Source of the DNA: Anaerolineae bacterium CG2_30_57_67
GTDB taxonomy: Bacteria > Chloroflexota > Anaerolineae > Anaerolineales > Villigracilaceae
Assembly (NCBI GenBank): GCA_001872455.1
Contig: MNXJ01000071.1
Location: forward strand, 55,830 to 119,829
Direction: 5' to 3'
DNA: 64,000 nucleotides
Shown: positions 17,118 to 25,419 of the stretch, one piece after another
Numbering within the stretch: position 1 is the stretch's first letter
How the letters are laid out: each line of letters opens with the position of its first letter
Position numbers and translations under genes: made by a program
Notes under the pieces: model-generated
Database searches by the model: none
Seen by the model: the letters and a program-made list of their open reading frames with translations, nothing else
Told to the model about the DNA's origin: nothing

Positions 17118-19241
17118 TTACTCCTTCTTTTCACCAATACCATAAACGCCCAATTTACTCTCCAGGCGCGATAAAGTTTGCTTTTTGTCCGTCTTTTTGA
17201 TCTGAACTTTCAGCCCGCTGAAAGCCAGGTCGCCGGCGCTGTTGAAGTCGCCGCCCAGCAAATCGGCGGGATTGACGCCCCGCCCCTCGGCGTAGCGCCC
17301 GTAGGCGGTGTGACCCTGCCCGAAAGGAATGGCAACCGTATCCGGGCGGATGGCTGGATAGCGGTAAACGGAAACTTCCAGCATCCCAAACGGGGAAATC
17401 ACCTGCACCACGTCATCATCCAGCAGCCCCAACTCATCCGCCGTGACGGGGTTCATTTCCAGCCACGAATTCCACATGACGGTTGTCATCGGGTCGGGGA
17501 TTTCCTGCAGCCAGGGTTTGTTGGCGCCCGCTTCGGCCAAAATGGGCGAGGGGAAAACATGCAGATAAAATTCGCCTTCGCCCTGAACAGGCGGCGCTTC
17601 GACCTGCAGGGCTTTGTCGAGCAGCGGCGTTTCGGGAACGCTGAGTTTGGCGTCATTCGTCCACCAGCCGCCGAACTGCTGAAACTGCGCCCAAAACGAG
17701 GGCAAGTCACCCGCGCCGAAAAAGCCATCCGCCGCGCCGATCAGGCCGGTGACCTGCGCCTGCACAAAAGCGACTTCATCGGCGTAGGGCAATTTCCCAG
17801 CGGAGGCGGCCAGCAAAACATCGGCGGTGGCGCGCGTGTTGTAGAACGGGGCAATCACCGGCTGCGCGCCGGAAATCAGCGTCTGCCCGGCGCCGGTTGC
17901 GGCGCGCTGATAGCCCCACGATTCGAGGCCGGTGTGGTCGGGGAAAACATAATCGGCGGCCAGGGCGGTTTCATCGGGGAAGGATGCAAATGAAATGACG
18001 GTTGGCACTTTTTCGAGCGCTTCGCGGAAGCCGAGCGCGCGCGGCAGTTCAAACAACGGATTGACGCCGTGCACAAACAAGGTTTTGATTTTGCCCGCGT
18101 TCATGCGCTCAATCAGCGCGGCCATTTCTTTCAGGCTGGCCGGACGGTGATAGGCGTCATTGACGGCGGCGGGCGCGGTCAGATAGACGCCGCCGCTGGT
18201 GAAGGCATTCAGCGCAAGGATGGCTTTGCCCGCCTCGAGGCCGTTGCTTTGCGCCAGCGGAGCGCCGCCCGGCAGGGCAACGGGCCGTTCGGCGGCGGCG
18301 AAGAGCTGCGCCAGCCGTTCCAGCGTGGCTTGTTCCACGCCGGAGGCTTCGGCCACCGCGGCAACGTCCACGCCGTTAAAGGCGGGTAGCACTTTTCCTT
18401 TGATTTCAGCGGCCAGTTTGCCAAGCGCCAGCGCCACCAGACCCTCGGTGCCGGGGCGGACGGGAATCCACTCATCGGCTTTGGCGGCGGTCTGGCTCAT
18501 GCGCGGTTCAAATTGCACCAGGTAGCCGCGTTTGGCGCGGCGCATGTTGGCGAATTCGCGCGTGTAGGCGACCGGCGAAAGCCAGGTTTCGAGGAAATTT
18601 GCGCCAAACGAGAAAACCAGGTCAGCGTTGGATAGGTCAAAAAATAAATTATCGGGTTTGCCAAAGATGGCGCGGGCGGCCTCACCGAGGGTGGCGCGCG
18701 CTTCAAAAACGGCCAGCGCGCTGAAGCGCAGCGGAGCGGCGGCGGCGTAGGCTTTGCTCAACTCGCCCGCCAGGTCAAACAAATGATCGGGCGCGGTTCC
18801 CAGCAAAAAGGCGAAATCACCGCCGGCCAGCGCCTTGCCCACCACGCCGATGGCGGCGTCCCAGTCCATATCGGTAAAGGTTTTTTCGCCGCGTTTATGC
18901 TGACCAGGATTTTGAATCCGGTCGGGGTTGTACAAGCCCTGCAGGCTGGCTTGCCCACGAGCGCAGGTTTTTCCCAGATTGACGGGGTTGTAGGGGTTGC
19001 CTTCCGCCTTGATGGCGCGTCCCTGATGCGTGCGAATCACCAGCCCGCAGGCGGCGGCGCATTCGCGGCAGGTGGTGGCGTAGAAGGTGCTCTGGCCGTT
19101 ATAGGTATATTCCGGCATTTTGGTGTAGGGTTCGCGCACCACATAGCGCGAGGCCGGGCCGCAGCCCGTCAGAATTGTGGCAGTGGCCGCACCCAAACCG
19201 GCTAATTTTAGAAAGTCGCGCCGGGAAAAATTATCGGTCAT
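17118..19241 (-). CDS. actB: alternative complex III molybdopterin-oxidoreductase-like subunit ActB1
   Basis: Tat signal RRDFLKLAGLGAA and MopB-superfamily sequence. The stop is 2 nt upstream of the ActB2 start. Confidence 0.85.
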   Translation of the reverse strand: MTDNFSRRDFLKLAGLGAATATILTGCGPASRYVVREPYTKMPEYTYNGQSTFYATTCRECAAACGLVIRTHQGRAIKAEGNPYNPVNLGKTCARGQASLQGLYNPDRIQNPGQHKRGEKTFTDMDWDAAIGVVGKALAGGDFAFLLGTAPDHLFDLAGELSKAYAAAAPLRFSALAVFEARATLGEAARAIFGKPDNLFFDLSNADLVFSFGANFLETWLSPVAYTREFANMRRAKRGYLVQFEPRMSQTAAKADEWIPVRPGTEGLVALALGKLAAEIKGKVLPAFNGVDVAAVAEASGVEQATLERLAQLFAAAERPVALPGGAPLAQSNGLEAGKAILALNAFTSGGVYLTAPAAVNDAYHRPASLKEMAALIERMNAGKIKTLFVHGVNPLFELPRALGFREALEKVPTVISFASFPDETALAADYVFPDHTGLESWGYQRAATGAGQTLISGAQPVIAPFYNTRATADVLLAASAGKLPYADEVAFVQAQVTGLIGAADGFFGAGDLPSFWAQFQQFGGWWTNDAKLSVPETPLLDKALQVEAPPVQGEGEFYLHVFPSPILAEAGANKPWLQEIPDPMTTVMWNSWLEMNPVTADELGLLDDDVVQVISPFGMLEVSVYRYPAIRPDTVAIPFGQGHTAYGRYAEGRGVNPADLLGGDFNSAGDLAFSGLKVQIKKTDKKQTLSRLESKLGVYGIGEKKE

Positions 19242-19297
19242 AGGTCTTCCTTTCAGTCAAGAATCGCAATGCGCATCCGTACCGGGATTTTGCGGCA

Positions 19298-19879
19298 TTA
19301 ATAGTGACAAGTGCCGCACTCAATCAATTTGGTGCGTTTCACCGGGTCATTGGCCGTGCGTGCCTGGTGACAGGCAAGACACCAGCCCATGTTGACGGTC
19401 TGTTCGATTGTGGCGACAGTTTTCTTGCTCATGTCGCCGTGGCATTTTTCGCAGTTGAGGCCGGCGGCAATGTGCGGACGATGGTTAAAGTGAACAAAGT
19501 CGGGGACAATGTAAACGGGCACCCACTTAATGGCTTCGCCACGCTGAACATATCCGGCCAGTTTTTGCAGTTCCGGCGGCCATTTTTCCAGTGGAACGGG
19601 GTTGGCCGGGTCGGAATATTTTTTCAACTGGCCGTGACAGGCCCAGCACTTTTGCTCGGTCGGCAGACCCGCTGAAGCCTGACGCTGTGCGCCCGGATGG
19701 CAGTACAAACATTGAATTTGCAGGCCAACGTGAATGTTGTGCGGAAACTGAATCGGCTGTGGCGGCGGAACCTGCGTCTGGTAAAACGCCCAGCCTGCGC
19801 CGCCCACCAATGCCAGGAACGCAATAACAAGCGAATACTGAATAGCCGGCTTTTTTAGAAGGTTAAGAATTCTCTCCAT
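19298..19879 (-). CDS. actA: alternative complex III pentaheme cytochrome c subunit ActA
   Basis: TM anchor plus five CxxCH motifs (CLYCH, CWACH, CEKCH, CLACH, CGTCH). Confidence 0.8.
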   Translation of the reverse strand: MERILNLLKKPAIQYSLVIAFLALVGGAGWAFYQTQVPPPQPIQFPHNIHVGLQIQCLYCHPGAQRQASAGLPTEQKCWACHGQLKKYSDPANPVPLEKWPPELQKLAGYVQRGEAIKWVPVYIVPDFVHFNHRPHIAAGLNCEKCHGDMSKKTVATIEQTVNMGWCLACHQARTANDPVKRTKLIECGTCHY

Positions 19880-20114
19880 GCTCTCTCCTGTGGAGTTGCA
19901 ATAAAATTGCTTTATGACGTTTTTTGTCTGTGACGCTTTGCGTTCTCGGTGGCGAAATGAGGCTTGATTTTTGAAAACGGATGGGGACAGTAGCGAGACG
20001 ATTATACAAGACAACTTAAAATATGATAAGAAATATCCGCTATGGTGACCTGTTATATTGGGTGAAATTCCATCACCCGATTTGGTGAATTTCAAAACGA
20101 TGATACTAAAATCA

Positions 20115-20237
20115 CTGGTGAATACCCACAAATCGTCAAATGTCGTCCTGCGGCCAAAAGCGACATAAATATCGCGCTACGTTGTGCGATATTTATGTCG
20201 CTTTACATGGTAGAGCAAAGATATGGGGTATCACCGA
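20115..20237 (+). mobile_element. MITE-like element family A, copy with expanded core palindrome
   Basis: CTGGTGAATACCCAC...GGGGTATCACCG termini. The core GCGACATAAAT/ATTTATGTCGC is split by a 20-nt hairpin. Confidence 0.7.
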
Positions 20238-20263
20238 TAAGTCTTGTCTGGATTTCGAGATTA

Positions 20264-20304
20264 CAAAAAGCGTCCCGAAGATTTTTTACCTTCGGGACGC
20301 TTTT
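20264..20304 (-). terminator. intrinsic terminator downstream of acr3
   Basis: AAAAGCGTCCCGAAG, 8-nt loop, CCTTCGGGACGCTTTT. The T-run on the minus strand starts directly after the stop at 20305. Confidence 0.75.
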
Positions 20305-21426
20305 CTATCTCACCAACTTTTGATCCGGCGGACAGGCTTCCGCCGCCGCTGCGAGCATGGCCGGGTTGGACGAGACCGCCCCGCCGTAGTATTTCTTTTG
20401 GAAGAAGAATGCCACATTAACCAGCCCAATCATCACCGGCACTTCCACCAGCGGACCAATCACTGCCGCGAAAGCCGCGCCGCTGTTGATGCCAAAAACC
20501 GCCACTGCTACGGCAATCGCTAATTCAAAATTATTGCTGGCAGCAGTGAAGGAGAGCGTCGTCGTTTGCGAATAGTCCGCGCCGAGGCGGCGCCCCATCC
20601 AGAATGAGACGAGGAACATCAGCACGAAATAAATCAAGAGCGGGATGGCGATCCGAACCACATCCAGCGGAATCTGGACGATGAGATTCCCTTTCAGCGA
20701 GAACATGACCACAATCGTAAAGAGCAACGCTATCAGCGTCAGCGGGCTGACTTTGGGAACGAAGTTCTTGTAGTACCAGTCGCGCCCTTTAGCGCGTACC
20801 AAAATCAGGCGGGTGAGAAATCCCGCCAGGAAGGGAATGCCCAAATAGATGAAGACGCTCTCGGCAATCTGCCCGATGGTGATATTGACGGTGACACCGT
20901 CCAGCCCGAACCAGGTCGGCAGGATGGTGAGAAAAACGTAAGCATAGACGCTGTAAAACAAGACTTGAAAGACGCTGTTGAACGCGACCAGCCCAGCCGC
21001 GTATTCGGTGTCGCCGTGCGCCAGTTCGTTCCAGACGATGACCATGGCAATGCAGCGCGCCAGTCCAATCATGATTAATCCCGCGATATATTCGGGATAG
21101 CCACGCAGAAAAACGATGGCGAGTACAAACATCAGCACGGGGCCGATAATCCAGTTTTGAATCAGCGAGAGCGACAGAATCTTTTTATTGCGAAAGACAT
21201 CGCCCAATTCTTCGTATTTGACTTTGGTAAAGGGCGGGTACATCATCAGAATCAAGCCGATAGCAATCGGGATATTCGTTGTCCCGACCGAGACGGCGGC
21301 GTTGAAGGCTTTTACGCCTGACGGGGCGAGAAAACCAATCGCCACGCCGAGCGCCATCGCCGTGAAAATCCACAGCGTCAGGTAGCGGTCAAGGAAGGAA
21401 AGTTGTTGAGTAAGGGATTTTTGCAT
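20305..21426 (-). CDS. acr3: arsenite efflux transporter ACR3
   Basis: 373 aa, 10 TM, family-typical N-terminus [13 protein letters not shown]. Confidence 0.9.
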   Translation of the reverse strand: MQKSLTQQLSFLDRYLTLWIFTAMALGVAIGFLAPSGVKAFNAAVSVGTTNIPIAIGLILMMYPPFTKVKYEELGDVFRNKKILSLSLIQNWIIGPVLMFVLAIVFLRGYPEYIAGLIMIGLARCIAMVIVWNELAHGDTEYAAGLVAFNSVFQVLFYSVYAYVFLTILPTWFGLDGVTVNITIGQIAESVFIYLGIPFLAGFLTRLILVRAKGRDWYYKNFVPKVSPLTLIALLFTIVVMFSLKGNLIVQIPLDVVRIAIPLLIYFVLMFLVSFWMGRRLGADYSQTTTLSFTAASNNFELAIAVAVAVFGINSGAAFAAVIGPLVEVPVMIGLVNVAFFFQKKYYGGAVSSNPAMLAAAAEACPPDQKLVR

Positions 21427-21447
21427 GTCTGTCTCCTGTTATTTGTT

Positions 21448-21474
21448 GTAGCGCAAATCAGAGATTTGCGCCAC
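21448..21474. repeat. REP hairpin unit
   Basis: GTAGCGCAAAT-CAGAG-ATTTGCGCCAC, located between the RAYT stop and the acr3 start. Confidence 0.8.
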
Positions 21475-21485
21475 GGCTTGCGGGG

Positions 21486-22133
21486 TTAAAAATCGTTCAA
21501 ATAAGAATATTTCCAATCTTGCCAGTCTGTCGCCAGCCCGGCTTCGACTGGGTTGTTCAAAATGTAACTGATGATATTTTCAAACTCGCGCTGGTTGCGA
21601 ACTACATGGTCATAACTCTCGTGCTGCCAAAATGCGCCGCTGCCGCCAAGAATCTTGCGGCAGGCATGACCTGTGCGTCCTTTAAGCAATTTCATGGCGT
21701 GGCTCAGGGATGTGTAATGCTGCCCTTGCTTCAGCGGCGGCGGCGTGGCGACGCCTTGCAGGTCAATCAAAATATGCGCGTGGTTAGGCATGATGCAATA
21801 ACAAATTAAGCGGTAGGTCTCTGGATGCAAAGCGTGAACTTCACGTCTGACTATTTCCGCAACTCTTGGGTCTTTCAACCACTGCGGACCAGCGCTGTGC
21901 GCCAGCAGAGCGTCATAGCGGGCAAACATTTTTTTAAACAGTATGTAGCGTTCTTCTGCCAGCGCTTCGCCTTGAAAATTTCGCGCTAAATTTTCTTCTG
22001 CTTTTTGGCGTTCAAGGTGCAAGGATTCCAACGCTTCTTGCGGCAGAGACCCTGCCAGCCGAAAGGTGACAAAATATACCGCGTTCGGCGGATGCCAGTG
22101 GGGTAAACGTCGGTAGAAGAGTTCTGTTTCCAT
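21486..22133 (-). CDS. REP-associated tyrosine (Y1, HUH) transposase, RAYT/IS200-like
   Basis: Contains RRLPHW...YFVTFRL, HUH motif MPNHAHILI and catalytic Tyr context WQHESYDHVV. Flanked by REP hairpins. Start METELFY at 22133. Confidence 0.8.
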   Translation of the reverse strand: METELFYRRLPHWHPPNAVYFVTFRLAGSLPQEALESLHLERQKAEENLARNFQGEALAEERYILFKKMFARYDALLAHSAGPQWLKDPRVAEIVRREVHALHPETYRLICYCIMPNHAHILIDLQGVATPPPLKQGQHYTSLSHAMKLLKGRTGHACRKILGGSGAFWQHESYDHVVRNQREFENIISYILNNPVEAGLATDWQDWKYSYLNDF

Positions 22134-22142
22134 AATGAAATT

Positions 22143-22283
22143 GTAGGGCAAGTCTGTGACTTGCCGCGCAAATTGGAAATTTGCGCCATGTAGCGCAAGT
22201 CTGCGACTTGCGACGCAAATTGGAAATTTGCGCCACGTAGCGCAAGTCTGCGACTTGCGACGCAAATCAGAGATTTGCGCCAC
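22143..22283. repeat. three tandem 47-nt REP doublet units
   Basis: Units at 22143-22189, 22190-22236 and 22237-22283. Each is GTAGCGCAAGTC-N4-GACTTGCG plus GCGCAAATT-GGA-AATTTGCGC. The last unit has the CAGAG loop variant. Confidence 0.9.
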
Positions 22284-22671
22284 GCAGCAACGCTGGGATT
22301 TCAATCAACATATCATCGCGCACCTTGCGGAAATCGGCAATATCATCGGTCTTGGCGGGGTCGGGAAAACTATGATGGACGCGCTTGCCTTTCCCGAGCC
22401 AGACGGGACATTCCTCCGCCGCCGAATCGCAGACCGTGACGACGACGTCAAACTCCGCGCTGCGGAATTCGTCCGCGAGTTTGGAGCGTCCCTCGTGTTG
22501 GATTCCAATCTCTGCAAGCGCGGCAATCGCTTTGGGGTGGACGAACCCCGCGGGCTTCGTCCCTGCGCTGACGGCTTGCCACTCGTCCGCCAGCCGCGCA
22601 TTGACAATTGCCTCCGCCATTTGCGAGCGGCAGGAATTACCTGTGCATAAAAATAAGACCTTGCGTTTCAT
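22267..22671 (-). CDS. arsC: arsenate reductase, LMW-PTPase (thioredoxin-coupled) type
   Basis: CTGNSCRS P-loop, later Cys (VTVCDSAAEECP) and DP motif. The last 5 codons and the stop lie in REP unit 3. Confidence 0.9.
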   Translation of the reverse strand: MKRKVLFLCTGNSCRSQMAEAIVNARLADEWQAVSAGTKPAGFVHPKAIAALAEIGIQHEGRSKLADEFRSAEFDVVVTVCDSAAEECPVWLGKGKRVHHSFPDPAKTDDIADFRKVRDDMLIEIPALLRGANL

Positions 22672-22706
22672 ACAGTTTGCTTCTCCATAATAGATTCGAT
22701 TTTTTT

Positions 22707-22958
22707 TCAAATGGCAGGCACGGAAATCTTTCCGCCACTGCTCAACACTTCGTTATTGATCAACACCAGCGGCAACTGCGCTCCTGCTGGCATAGGCGGA
22801 CAATCCGCGTCGAACAAATCAAAATAGCAGATTTCCACCGCATCGCCAAATTTTGTTTTCAACTGTCCCGCCGCCCAGTTGGCGACATCGCGCCACGAAT
22901 CTTTAACGCCGCTGGAGCAGGCAATCGGCGCGCCGATAATGTGAACGAGAACGCTCAT
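22707..22958 (-). CDS. hypothetical 83-aa protein, possibly YuzD/DUF1462-like thioredoxin fold
   Basis: The pattern VHIIGAPIACSSGV...WAAGQLKTKFGD...LPLVLINNEVLSSGGK resembles YuzD by eye. Overlaps the arsA stop by 4 nt. Confidence 0.4.
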   Translation of the reverse strand: MSVLVHIIGAPIACSSGVKDSWRDVANWAAGQLKTKFGDAVEICYFDLFDADCPPMPAGAQLPLVLINNEVLSSGGKISVPAI

Positions 22959-24799
22959 GCTTTCACCTGCTCGCCATACGCGCGATTGCCCAACTCCGCC
23001 AGCATCTCCAGCCCCTTCACTTCCTGCGGCTGGAGCGGAATCTCCAGCACGGGCACAGCAAAACGCTCGCGGATTTCCGCCAGATACCTGACCTGCATCT
23101 TGCGCCGCGCCTGTGCAAAGGGCGTCGTCGCCGCTTCGGGCGGGATGACGAAATTCACCACCACCAGCCCTGGCTGAATGCCGACTGTCGCCAATTCCTG
23201 CGCGGCGCGCCAGGCTTCCAAAATCGGCGTGGATTCGGGGTACATCACAAACGCAAACGTGCTTTGCGCCGGGTCGCGCATCATCTCAATCACCTGTCCG
23301 AAGCGCTGCTTGGCAACATCATCGGCGGCAGTCGCATCCACCGAAGCAAAGACCTTCACATCAATCTGCTGGCTCCAATCCAGCGGCAGTTCCAGCAGAC
23401 GCATGGTGTGTCCCGTCGGCGCGGTATCGAACACCACCGCGTCCCAATCCGTCTGCGAAGCGTAATCAATAAACTGGTCAAACGCCGCCATCTCTTCGGT
23501 GCAGGGCGAATCGAGTTCTTCTTCCATCACCTTAATTGCGCTTTCAGGTCGTCCGCGCTGACGGGCGTCATTCAGAATACGCGCCTTGTACGTTTCGGCG
23601 GCGGCTTTCGGGTCAATCTTGACCGCCCACAGGTTCGGCTGTCCACTGACCGCAGTGACATCATCGCCCACAGGCTGACCCAACACGTCGCCCAAATGCG
23701 CGGCGGGGTCAGTCGTCAGCAGCAGAGTCTTGCGTCCCTGCTGCGCCAGCCAGACCGCCGTCAGGCACGAAGCGACTGTTTTGCCGACGCCGCCCTTACC
23801 CGCAAAAAATACTGTGCGGCGATGACTGTTCGGCTGGATGCGGGCGCGGATTTCGTCAATGGATGAAGTTTCTACGCTGATAATTTTCCCGCCGCTCGAT
23901 TCCGACTCCGCTGGGGCTTGCTCGCCGTCAAAGAAAATTTTCCCCACCCCGCGCAGCCGCGCCGCGCCCGTAATCTCGCCCGAAAGCAGAGTCATGCGCT
24001 GGGTCGGGTACGGCAGTTCGGCGCTGATTTGTTTCAGGTAGCGCGCCTGCATCTCGGAGCGAGCCGCAAACAGCGGGTTGGATTTTTCCGAAGCGGGGAT
24101 AATCCCGTTGATGATGATGCGGTAGGTGTGAATCCCCAGTTTGGTCAGTTCGCTGATGGCGCGTTTTGTCTCGCGGATGGCTATCGCTTCGGGGTGCAGG
24201 ACAAAGGTAAAGGTCGAGAGCGATTCGTCGCGTAGGGCGGCCAGCGCGTTTTCGTATTTATGTTTCGCGTCTTGAATCGCGGCGGCGGGACCGATGCAAG
24301 TCTGCCCGCTGCCCGCGCTGGCGGCGTCAATGGATTGACTCCACTCGGCGGGCAGTTCCAGCAAACGGATGGTGTGACCCGTGGGCGCGGTGTCAAAAAT
24401 AATGACGTCAAATTCAGGCGCGGATTCGCCGCGCACGATGAAATCGGTGAAGCGATCGAAGGCGGCGACTTCCGCCGTGCAGGGACCGCTCATCTGCTCT
24501 TCCATCACCTGCACCATCTGGGCGGGGAAGGCGGCGCGCAACGGCGACATGGCGCGGTCAATGTATTCCTGCGTGGCTCTGTCGGGGTCAATTTCCATCG
24601 CCGATAAATTGGGGACGCCCGCAATCGGCGTGACGTGATGACCAATTTTCTGCTCGAATACATCCGCCAAATTTGACGCGGGGTCGGTGGTGACGATGAG
24701 CGTACGCTTGCCTTCATCGGCATAGCGGACGGCGTGCGTGCAAGCCATGCTGGTCTTGCCCACGCCGCCTTTGCCTGAGAAGAAAATGAATTGGGTCAT
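22955..24799 (-). CDS. arsA: arsenite-stimulated ATPase ArsA (two-domain)
   Basis: Two GKGGVGKT P-loops, two DTAPTGHT signature sequences, and Cys in the PCTAE and PCTEE contexts. Confidence 0.92.
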   Translation of the reverse strand: MTQFIFFSGKGGVGKTSMACTHAVRYADEGKRTLIVTTDPASNLADVFEQKIGHHVTPIAGVPNLSAMEIDPDRATQEYIDRAMSPLRAAFPAQMVQVMEEQMSGPCTAEVAAFDRFTDFIVRGESAPEFDVIIFDTAPTGHTIRLLELPAEWSQSIDAASAGSGQTCIGPAAAIQDAKHKYENALAALRDESLSTFTFVLHPEAIAIRETKRAISELTKLGIHTYRIIINGIIPASEKSNPLFAARSEMQARYLKQISAELPYPTQRMTLLSGEITGAARLRGVGKIFFDGEQAPAESESSGGKIISVETSSIDEIRARIQPNSHRRTVFFAGKGGVGKTVASCLTAVWLAQQGRKTLLLTTDPAAHLGDVLGQPVGDDVTAVSGQPNLWAVKIDPKAAAETYKARILNDARQRGRPESAIKVMEEELDSPCTEEMAAFDQFIDYASQTDWDAVVFDTAPTGHTMRLLELPLDWSQQIDVKVFASVDATAADDVAKQRFGQVIEMMRDPAQSTFAFVMYPESTPILEAWRAAQELATVGIQPGLVVVNFVIPPEAATTPFAQARRKMQVRYLAEIRERFAVPVLEIPLQPQEVKGLEMLAELGNRAYGEQVKA

Positions 24800-24820
24800 T
24801 GTTTTTCCTTGATGTAATGT

Positions 24821-24867
24821 GTAGCGCAAGTCTCTGACTTGCGGCGCAAATTGGAAATTTGCGCTAC
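24821..24867. repeat. 47-nt REP doublet unit
   Basis: GTAGCGCAAGTCTCTGACTTGCGGCGCAAATTGGAAATTTGCGCTAC. Confidence 0.9.
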
Positions 24868-24941
24868 GATAGCGTGGCTTTCACTTCATCCATCGTCGGA
24901 TACGCGCCCACTTTAATCACCTTGCCGCGCACAACGATAAT
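24868..24941 (-). pseudogene. relic 3' end (last 24 codons plus stop) of a second arsD
   Basis: 65/74 nt identical to 24991-25064. Translates IIVVRGKVIKVGAYPTMDEVKATLS*, versus ...TADEVKAALS* in the intact arsD. Confidence 0.8.
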
Positions 24942-24943
24942 GT

Positions 24944-24990
24944 GTGGCGCAAGTCTCTGACTTGCGGCGCAAATTGGAAATTTGCGCTAC
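24944..24990. repeat. 47-nt REP doublet unit
   Basis: Differs from 24821-24867 at 1 of 47 positions. Contains the arsD stop codon (24987-24989). Confidence 0.9.
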
Positions 24991-25334
24991 GATAGCGCGG
25001 CTTTGACTTCATCCGCTGTTGGGTACGCGCCCACTTTGATGACCTTGCCGCGCACAACGATAATCGGCAGGGCGTCCATTTGTTTCTCGCGGACGAGTTT
25101 CATCACTTCGGCATTGCCCAAAAAGGCGTTGGGGCTGCTCGCCATCTGATAGCGTTCCACGCGCAAGTTGTCGCGCTGGAGCGACATGACCATCTCGTTC
25201 ACGTCCAGCAAAGTTTGGTCAAGGACGGGCCCGCATAGTCCAGTGGGGCAGCACATCGGCGGGTCGAAGAATTCCACGTCCGCGGGGGCAATCGAAATCG
25301 GCAGGGTGTTGAGCAAGGGGATAACGTCAGTCAT
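24987..25334 (-). CDS. arsD: arsenic metallochaperone ArsD
   Basis: FDPPMCCPTGLCGP (Cys12/13/18 equivalents). The true start may be GTG at 25277 (VEFFDPPMCC) rather than ATG at 25334. Confidence 0.88.
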   Translation of the reverse strand: MTDVIPLLNTLPISIAPADVEFFDPPMCCPTGLCGPVLDQTLLDVNEMVMSLQRDNLRVERYQMASSPNAFLGNAEVMKLVREKQMDALPIIVVRGKVIKVGAYPTADEVKAALS

Positions 25335-25361
25335 GATCGTTCAGTCTCCGTTGAATATTTC

Positions 25362-25419
25362 GTAGCGCGAGATTTATCTCGCACTACGCTGTGCCGCGCA
25401 AGTCAGAGACTTGCGCTAC
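25362..25419. repeat. REP variant pair (two hairpins)
   Basis: GTAGCGCGAGAT-TT-ATCTCGCACTAC and GCGCAAGTC-AGAG-GACTTGCGC. The second is inverted relative to the 24821 unit. Confidence 0.75.

Noticed and set aside
20140-20523. 127-aa ORF starting in the MITE and running antisense into acr3; likewise 28662-28871 and 37213-37404
   Set aside because: They start within family-A MITE copies, are rich in Arg/Cys/His, and overlap better-supported features.
22143-22283. Tandem 47-nt repeats that could be mistaken for a CRISPR array
   Set aside because: The units abut one another with no spacers. They are double hairpins identical to dispersed copies at 24821, 24944 and 25362, and they flank a Y1 transposase. 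This is a REP array. No cas genes are present in the window.
21986-22304. Short ORFs 21986-22198 and 22012-22245, and the N-terminal extension of ORF 21486-22304
   Set aside because: They consist of translated REP units (repeating ...AQISNLRRKSQTCATWRKFPIC...). The RAYT start at 22133 gives a family-typical N-terminus.
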